From: a virus
Virus record (IMG/VR): IMGVR_UViG_3300025137_000028
Span: 1-64,000 of that record
DNA: 64,000 nt
Direction: 5' to 3' (one strand)
Below the pieces are notes generated by a model, which was not told where the DNA came from, did no database searches, and saw only the letters and a program-made list of their open reading frames with translations. This document shows positions 57,910 to 64,000 of this stretch, in pieces. The position numbers and the translations under genes were made by a program. The first letter of the stretch is position 1. Each line of letters begins with the position of its first letter.

Positions 57910-58701
57910 ATGTTTAGTTATCTCGGTGGTAAAAAATTTCAAGCCAAATGGATTGGCTCACACTTTCCTACATCTAAAAAATATGTTGAACCTTTTGGTG
58001 GTGCTTTTTGGGTATATTTTCAAAATGGCATAGAGTTTGATAAGAACGTTTATAACGACTACAATAGATTTTTAACTAATATATTTTACTGTGCTAGAAA
58101 TAAAACTAATCAATTTGTAAAAGAATTAAAAAAATATGAAACACAAAAAAGAGATTTATTTGAACAGATAAAAGATGAATTAGTACCCTTAAACTACAAC
58201 TTTGAATTAGGTGATGTAGAAAAGGCAGCGAAATATCTTTATATAGAATTAAATACTTTTAGTGGTTTAACAATAGAAAAAGCAAAATTTGTTGATTTAA
58301 AAGGTAAGTATAAATCAAAGTACACACAATTTATAGAAAAAGTTATACATCCTAGATGGCAGTATAAACTACAAACAATTACTAATATAGAAAATCAATC
58401 ATTTCAAAACTGTATATTAGAACATGATACACCAGATACTCTTTTTTATTGTGATCCACCTTACTTTAAAAAAGAATCATACTATACAAAAGACTTTCCT
58501 CAAACCGAACACAAAAAACTTGCTAAGTTATTAAAGTCAATCAAAGGTAAATTTGTGTTGTCTTATTATGAATTTGATGACTTAGAAAAATGGTTTCCTA
58601 AAGATCAATATACTTGGCAGGAACGAGAGTTTAATAAACAAAACAGTAGTAAAAAAGTAAATACTGACAAAGGTAAAGAAATTATTATAATGAATTTCTA
58701 G
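57910..58701 (+). CDS. dam: Dam-family (D12 class) N6-adenine DNA methyltransferase
   Basis: YLGGK, YVEPFGGA, YND, FYCDPPY, FVLSY. Confidence 0.9.
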   Translation: MFSYLGGKKFQAKWIGSHFPTSKKYVEPFGGAFWVYFQNGIEFDKNVYNDYNRFLTNIFYCARNKTNQFVKELKKYETQKRDLFEQIKDELVPLNYNFELGDVEKAAKYLYIELNTFSGLTIEKAKFVDLKGKYKSKYTQFIEKVIHPRWQYKLQTITNIENQSFQNCILEHDTPDTLFYCDPPYFKKESYYTKDFPQTEHKKLAKLLKSIKGKFVLSYYEFDDLEKWFPKDQYTWQEREFNKQNSSKKVNTDKGKEIIIMNF

Positions 58702-58704
58702 TTA

Positions 58705-58712
58705 TATAAATA
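58705..58712 (+). promoter_or_regulatory. T4-type late promoter (leaderless)
   Basis: TATAAATA. ATG 5 nt later. Confidence 0.75.
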
Positions 58713-58717
58713 TTGCT

Positions 58718-60007
58718 ATGATTAGTTTCAAGCAGTATTTAAAAGACGAAAAATTTGATAGACTTTCTGAGTTAGAAGAAGGATTATTCAGTGGTTTTAT
58801 CTCTTTTATAAGAAGTGCTTTTAACAAAGTTGTTAATGCTTTTAAGTCAGCATTTAGAGCCATTGCTTCTAAACTAGGTTTTGGGCAAACTATATCTATG
58901 AAAATAAGTACAGGATTAACTGAAGCAAATGAGACAGGACAAGATAGTAAATCCAGACTAGGTTACTATTCAGAATATGTTTGTGGTGTTGAATTAGCAA
59001 AACTTATTGAAAGTAGAGACTTAAAATTACCTAGTTCTTCAACAAGTAATTCACTTAATAAAGTTAGACAAAATTTTGTAAATACTAAACTAAAAACTTT
59101 ATCTAACTTTAAATCATTAAGTTCAGAAATTAAAAGAATGGAAGACGCTGGTAGGGCGATGGCAGATAAGATATTCTCTGACATGTTAACTGAAACAGCA
59201 GATTTAAAAGTAACACAATTTGATATTACTTTAACAGGTGATAGTTTAAAAGGTACTGGTAAAGCAGACATAGTATTAAGAGCTAGAAAAAAATCTAAGA
59301 ACGAGATAGTGGCAGAAATCGCTGCTTCTTTAAAAGCATACAGAGGTGCTTCAATCAATCTAGCAAACTCAACATTAATTAGTTTCTTTGCTTCACTTAC
59401 AGGTGATAAACAGTTTACTTCAAAAGCATTAGAGAAGTCTCAAACTATTATATTTGACAGTATGGTAAAAGCTGCTGTATCAGATGGCATGAGTAAAGCA
59501 GAAGCGATAGAGTTTCTAGCAAAGAAAACTTTAAATGCTACAGAGAAAAAGAAATTTAAAAAATATAAAGACTTTGGTCGTAAAGTTTCTAAAGAATCAC
59601 AAATCAATACTGCTAAAATAATAGTAGATGAATTTAATAAGATATACAAATCAAGTAAAGCAAAAATTAATACTAACTTAATTAAACTGATAGGTATGGA
59701 CGGCGAAGATGATTTTTATGCTGCTATAGGCGAGGGTAAAAAGATGAGAGTTATATCATCTAAACAAAGTCCTGACATGAAAAAGTTTGTAAAAGACATT
59801 AGAAATAAAAATTTAAATGTAACAATGGTACCAAAACCTGGTTCTGCTGGCAGAGCTAGTGTATCAGTTACATTATCAATAGGTACAGAAATACTTACAA
59901 CATCATCATTAACTATGACCGATACAGGCATAGGTAGTGCTGGTATGACTAAATCAAAAGGTGCGATAAAAACTAACTTTTGGTTTAACTTTAATGACAT
60001 TGCCTAA
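58718..60007 (+). CDS. late protein, putative internal head protein with PD-(D/E)xK-like nuclease motif
   Basis: MISFKQYL N-terminus, L-x-E sites, E...KADIVL...SLK. Confidence 0.55.
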   Translation: MISFKQYLKDEKFDRLSELEEGLFSGFISFIRSAFNKVVNAFKSAFRAIASKLGFGQTISMKISTGLTEANETGQDSKSRLGYYSEYVCGVELAKLIESRDLKLPSSSTSNSLNKVRQNFVNTKLKTLSNFKSLSSEIKRMEDAGRAMADKIFSDMLTETADLKVTQFDITLTGDSLKGTGKADIVLRARKKSKNEIVAEIAASLKAYRGASINLANSTLISFFASLTGDKQFTSKALEKSQTIIFDSMVKAAVSDGMSKAEAIEFLAKKTLNATEKKKFKKYKDFGRKVSKESQINTAKIIVDEFNKIYKSSKAKINTNLIKLIGMDGEDDFYAAIGEGKKMRVISSKQSPDMKKFVKDIRNKNLNVTMVPKPGSAGRASVSVTLSIGTEILTTSSLTMTDTGIGSAGMTKSKGAIKTNFWFNFNDIA

Positions 60008-60013
60008 CCAGCA

Positions 60014-60042
60014 TTGACTTTTATTATGACCTGTGATATATT
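60014..60042 (+). promoter_or_regulatory. sigma70-type promoter
   Basis: TTGACT-17-TATATT with TG extension. ATG 8 nt later. Confidence 0.78.
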
Positions 60043-60050
60043 AATAGATT

Positions 60051-60317
60051 ATGAAATACAATGAAGATAAAATCTTAAAAGAGATAGACGAATATATTAA
60101 ATCTACTTATGGTCAGCATTACTCAAAAGGTAAAGATGGCTTTCAAGTTTTAGATTTACTTAAAACTCTCAACGTAGGACAAGATTTTTGTCATGCTAAC
60201 GCAATTAAATATTTGTGTAGGTATGGTAAGAAGAACGGCCATAATAGAGCTGACTTATTAAAAGCAGTTCATTATGTAATATTATTATTAAATTATGATA
60301 AGGAGAAGGTGAAATGA
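60051..60317 (+). CDS. DUF3310-type (T7 gp1.7-like) protein
   Basis: HY...F...NAIKYL.RYGKK.G...DLLKA.HY. Confidence 0.8.
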   Translation: MKYNEDKILKEIDEYIKSTYGQHYSKGKDGFQVLDLLKTLNVGQDFCHANAIKYLCRYGKKNGHNRADLLKAVHYVILLLNYDKEKVK

Positions 60318-60973
60318 ACATAAGCACAGATACAATTGCTGTACTGAAAAATTTTTCAGACATTAATCAAAACATATTGATTAAACCAGGTAATGTGGTA
60401 CAGACAATTTCTACAATGAAGAATATTTTAGCAGAGGCTGAAATAACAGAAAAATTTGATAGTGAGTTTGCTATCTATGATTTACCTGAATTTTTAAGAT
60501 CAGTTGAATTATTTGATAAACCACAACTTAAATTTAATGGCGAATCAAATGTTAAAATTGAGAGTGGCGCTCAATCAGTAAAATACTTTTTTGCTGATAA
60601 ATCAGTTATAGTTGCTCCTAAGAAAAGCATTAATATGCCTGATAAACATGTTACATTTACTTTGAAAAAAGATGTGTTTACTCAGTTAATGAAAGGTGCT
60701 ACAACACTTAACTTACCAGACATTGCTGTTAAAGGTGATGGTAGTAAGATTACATTAGTCGCTACTGATAAGAAAAACAAATCATCAAACGATTATTCAT
60801 TAGTTATAGGTGAAACAGATAAAGAATTTTCTGCTTTCTTTAAAACAGAAAACTTTAAACAAGTTGTTGATGATTATGATGTAGCTATTTCTAAACAAAA
60901 AATATCACATTTTGTTAATAGAAATAAATCAATACAATATTGGATTGCTTTAGAACCTGATTCAGAGTTTTAA
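60314..60973 (+). CDS. gp45: sliding clamp gp45
   Basis: LKNFSDINQNI, FAIYDLPEFL, YWIALE. Confidence 0.95.
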   Translation: MNISTDTIAVLKNFSDINQNILIKPGNVVQTISTMKNILAEAEITEKFDSEFAIYDLPEFLRSVELFDKPQLKFNGESNVKIESGAQSVKYFFADKSVIVAPKKSINMPDKHVTFTLKKDVFTQLMKGATTLNLPDIAVKGDGSKITLVATDKKNKSSNDYSLVIGETDKEFSAFFKTENFKQVVDDYDVAISKQKISHFVNRNKSIQYWIALEPDSEF

Positions 60974-60976
60974 ATT

Positions 60977-61495
60977 ATGAGAGTTGATTTATTTTCAACT
61001 CCCATATTGATAGATGACTTTGATATTACTAAGTTAAAATTTGTAGAAGAAGGTCAGCAAACCCAATTTGGCAGTGAAATAAAAACCAGTCATGGTTTTA
61101 CTAACATTATAGAAAAAGATAGTTTAGATTATTTCTACAATAAGATAGTAAGTAATTTAGATCAAGTTATTTCCCAATCATATCATGTTAAAGCAGATAA
61201 TATATGGCGTAACTACTATAAAGAAGGTGACTGGCAAGAAAAACACACCCATATAGGTTCTGACTTTTCATTTATAATTTATGATAGTGTAAAGTCTAAT
61301 ACTTGGTTTGTTCACCCAGCACACTATTTAATACAAGAAAAATATAAAGATAAAAAACTATTTGATACAGAGGTAAAACCTCATATCAATTATGGTCAGA
61401 TTTGTATTTTTCCTAGTTACTTAGAGCATTATGTGTCTAAAGCTGAAAGTCAATCAACAACTATATCAGGTAATTTAAGTATAGAAATAAAATGA
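60977..61495 (+). CDS. 2OG-Fe(II) oxygenase-like (HxH type)
   Basis: LFSTP, W.N.Y, QEKHTH, FPSYLEHYV, TISGN. Confidence 0.82.
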   Translation: MRVDLFSTPILIDDFDITKLKFVEEGQQTQFGSEIKTSHGFTNIIEKDSLDYFYNKIVSNLDQVISQSYHVKADNIWRNYYKEGDWQEKHTHIGSDFSFIIYDSVKSNTWFVHPAHYLIQEKYKDKKLFDTEVKPHINYGQICIFPSYLEHYVSKAESQSTTISGNLSIEIK

Positions 61496-62829
61496 GTTTA
61501 TACGATTTTGATAACCCTACAGCAAAGACTAAAAGAATATTAGTCTATCCTAATATTACTTTTGCTAAAGATTTATCTAAAGATAGTTATATTCAAGTAA
61601 TTAAAAAACACATAACATTGTTAAATGAAATAAGAGACGATCTCTGGTTTTATTTAATATTACCTAAAGAGGTGCCAGAGTTAGCATTTGATAATGTTAC
61701 ACAATTGTTTTTAGATTTGCCTACTCACCCTCCTACTATGAGGGCACATTTTGATTCACAAGCTATTAAAAAACTTGTACCTAAAAACATAGATATAGAC
61801 TTGGTCATGTCACATCTACCAGAACATACCTATGACTTAAAAAATGTTTTGTATAATGTAACTAATCATGTACCTAAATTTTTTGGTTACTGTCATTGGT
61901 TTGATTTAAAAGCAGTAGCAAACTGGCATATGAATAGTTTTAAAAAGAATATTGTAGGTGTTTTAGAAATGGATAGATGTTATTTAAATACAGAGAGTCA
62001 AAAGAAATTAGTTATTGAAGAAGCAAAAGAAACTTTTAGTGACAGAGTAATATGGGATTTAGATAAAAAATTAACAGTTCAACATTTAGGTGTAGATGAA
62101 AAAGATATTGTAAAAGATATAAAAAGAGTAGAAGAAAAAATTATAGTATTCAATCATAGACCAGACACATACAAACATTACAAAGAATTTTTAAAAGTAT
62201 GTGATAAACTATATGAACAAAGACAAGATTTTAAAGTGTGGGTACCTTTGGCAAGTAAAGCAGATAGAGAATATATAACAACTGAAAGTGGTGATAAAGA
62301 TTTTTATTATAAAAAACTACAAGATTGTTACATAGGTTATTCACCTAAACAATCTTATGGTGGGTGGTCTGTTGCGACAACAGATGGTATGATGAATGGT
62401 ATACCTTATTTAATGTATGACGCTGACTATTACAGAGAGTTATGGGATAAGGGTGTCTTTGTAAAAAATGATGATGAATTATTAGAAAAATTAAACTTCT
62501 ATTTAGATAATGAATATAATAGAAATGTTTTAGCAGATGAAAGTTTACAACACATAAGATATAGATTAATTTTTAAAGACGAAGTAAAACAAATGAGTGA
62601 TTACATAGATGAATTACATGATACTTTACCTAAGGTAAAAACCTCAGAAAAGATAAAAGAGATTATAAGTTGGATACAAAAAGAAAAACGTGTATCTAAA
62701 AGTGAAATTATGAAGAGATTAGGTTGGGGAGTAGGTATTAAGTGGACACAATATCGTGCCACACTATTGACTCACCCTAACATTTATGATATACTATCAA
62801 AAGATCCTGTATATTGTTGGATCGATTAA
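61492..62829 (+). CDS. GT-B glycosyltransferase
   Basis: IVFNHR...K, Y...L, GWSVATTDG...GIP nucleotide-sugar-binding region. Confidence 0.72.
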   Translation: MSLYDFDNPTAKTKRILVYPNITFAKDLSKDSYIQVIKKHITLLNEIRDDLWFYLILPKEVPELAFDNVTQLFLDLPTHPPTMRAHFDSQAIKKLVPKNIDIDLVMSHLPEHTYDLKNVLYNVTNHVPKFFGYCHWFDLKAVANWHMNSFKKNIVGVLEMDRCYLNTESQKKLVIEEAKETFSDRVIWDLDKKLTVQHLGVDEKDIVKDIKRVEEKIIVFNHRPDTYKHYKEFLKVCDKLYEQRQDFKVWVPLASKADREYITTESGDKDFYYKKLQDCYIGYSPKQSYGGWSVATTDGMMNGIPYLMYDADYYRELWDKGVFVKNDDELLEKLNFYLDNEYNRNVLADESLQHIRYRLIFKDEVKQMSDYIDELHDTLPKVKTSEKIKEIISWIQKEKRVSKSEIMKRLGWGVGIKWTQYRATLLTHPNIYDILSKDPVYCWID

Positions 62830-62848
62830 TTGAAAAGGAGTTTATATT

Positions 62849-63793
62849 ATGTCAGATTTTTTATGGGTTGAAAAGTATCGACCTAAAAAAATTAGTGATT
62901 GTATTCTTACACAAGAACTGAAAGATACATTTACAAAATTTTTAGAACAAAAAGAAATACCTAATTTACTATTATCAGGTACAGCAGGTACAGGTAAAAC
63001 TACTGTTGCTCGTGCTTTATGTGAAGAGTTAGGTACAGATTACATTATCATTAATGGTTCAGATGAAGGTAGACAGATTGATACACTTAGAAGTAAGATC
63101 AAAAACTTTGCCGCCACTGTATCACTTACCGAAGACGCCAATCATAAAGTTGTAATTATAGACGAGGCAGATTACATGAATGCTGACAGTGTTCAACCTG
63201 CTTTAAGAAACTTTATAGAAACATTTTATAATAACTGTAGATTTATATTTACTTGTAATTATAAGAACAAAATTATACCAGCCTTACATAGTCGTTGTAC
63301 AGTTATTGATTTTAAAATTGTAAATGGTCAAAGAGTTAAAACTGCTACTGCCTTTCTTAAAAGACTAGAGGGTATTCTAAATGATGAACAAGTAGGTTTT
63401 GATAAGAAAGTATTAGCAGAGTTAATACAAAAATATTATCCTGACTTTAGAAGAACAATAAACGAGTTACAAAGATATGCTGTAAGAGGTAAGATAGACA
63501 GTGGTATTTTGTTTAGTTTATCTGAGGTAAATCATAAAGAGTTAATGCTGACTTTAAAAGAAAAACGTTTTAATGATATGAGAAAATGGGTTGTACAAAA
63601 CTTAGACAAAGAACCATCACATTTATTTAGAACCATTTATGATGTATTGTATAAAGAATTAGATCCTAAGGCAGTACCACAAGCAATATTAATTATTGCT
63701 GGCTATCAATATAAAGCTGCCTTTGTTGCTGACCAAGAGATTAATATGGTCGCATGTTTAACTGAAATAATGGCGAGTTGTAAGTTTAGGTAA
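62849..63793 (+). CDS. gp44: clamp loader large subunit gp44
   Basis: LWVEKYRP, GTAGTGKT, DEAD, LHSRC, PDFRR. Confidence 0.96.
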   Translation: MSDFLWVEKYRPKKISDCILTQELKDTFTKFLEQKEIPNLLLSGTAGTGKTTVARALCEELGTDYIIINGSDEGRQIDTLRSKIKNFAATVSLTEDANHKVVIIDEADYMNADSVQPALRNFIETFYNNCRFIFTCNYKNKIIPALHSRCTVIDFKIVNGQRVKTATAFLKRLEGILNDEQVGFDKKVLAELIQKYYPDFRRTINELQRYAVRGKIDSGILFSLSEVNHKELMLTLKEKRFNDMRKWVVQNLDKEPSHLFRTIYDVLYKELDPKAVPQAILIIAGYQYKAAFVADQEINMVACLTEIMASCKFR

Positions 63794-63797
63794 GACT

Positions 63798-63905
63798 ATG
63801 CCTCATAAAAAAAATCCTATAGCAAAAGAAGTAAGAACACCTAAGTATAAACCAAGAGTAGTAAAACCTAAAAAAGGTAAAGGTAGTTTTAAAAGAAAAA
63901 AGTAA
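63798..63905 (+). CDS. arfA: 35-aa ArfA-like ribosome rescue peptide
   Basis: Read by eye: MPHKKNPIAKEVRTPKYKPRVVKPKKGKGSFKRKK. Confidence 0.65.
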   Translation: MPHKKNPIAKEVRTPKYKPRVVKPKKGKGSFKRKK

Positions 63906-64000
63906 TGATAGAAAAAGAAGTAATAAATGAAATGAAAGAGTTACAACCCTTTCACAAAGAGAACCTTATAAAAGGTTTATATTCTTGGCAAGAGTTTGAA
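63905..64000 (+). CDS. hypothetical protein, truncated by the window end
   Basis: ATG overlaps the previous stop (TAATG). Open to the edge. Confidence 0.65.
   Translation, partial: MIEKEVINEMKELQPFHKENLIKGLYSWQEFE

Noticed and set aside
6178-60000. Many minus-strand ORFs in the track (e.g. 6178, 6784, 17890, 18487, 29668, 56191, 58966)
   Set aside because: They are shadows of well-supported plus-strand genes, with no SD, promoter or recognisable motif.
1-64000. CRISPR array, DGR, integrase, introns or inteins
   Set aside because: No spaced repeats, reverse transcriptase or recombinase were seen. gp17, gp20, gp23, UvsW and gp46 are uninterrupted and of ordinary length.
1-64000. Stop-codon reassignment
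   Set aside because: Core genes are full length in the standard code and end in TAA, TAG and TGA.

Overview
This is 64 kb of an AT-rich T4-like myovirus genome. It is most likely a marine pelagimyophage-type virus (HTVC008M-like) infecting SAR11 or another alphaproteobacterium; this host assignment is inferred from gene content and regulatory motifs. Positions 1-1392 hold small early genes on the minus strand. Positions 1.4-39.2 kb are the virion module: PAAR, gp25, gp6, gp7, gp9/10-like, gp8, a VrlC-like protein, fibres, gp13-gp23 and gp3, driven by TATAAATA late promoters. Positions 39.2-64 kb are the replication/recombination and accessory region: a carbamoyltransferase, uvsY, uvsW, gp55, gp47, gp46, peptide deformylase, a PLP enzyme, two DNA methyltransferases, a VWA plus MoxR/CobS-type AAA+ pair, ribosomal protein bS21, Hsp20, gp45, a glycosyltransferase and gp44. 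Eight 2OG-Fe(II) oxygenases are scattered through the window, one of them between gp16 and gp17. The most notable signals not in the ORF track are: a 35-aa ArfA-like ribosome-rescue peptide; alphaproteobacterial LexA-type GAAC-N7-GAAC boxes upstream of two early promoters; a ROSE-like thermometer on hsp20; systematic leaderless transcription; an antisense promoter beside gp55; near-absence of TGCA; and a methylase next to a putative capsid-packaged nuclease. I saw no tRNA, CRISPR array, intron or intein.
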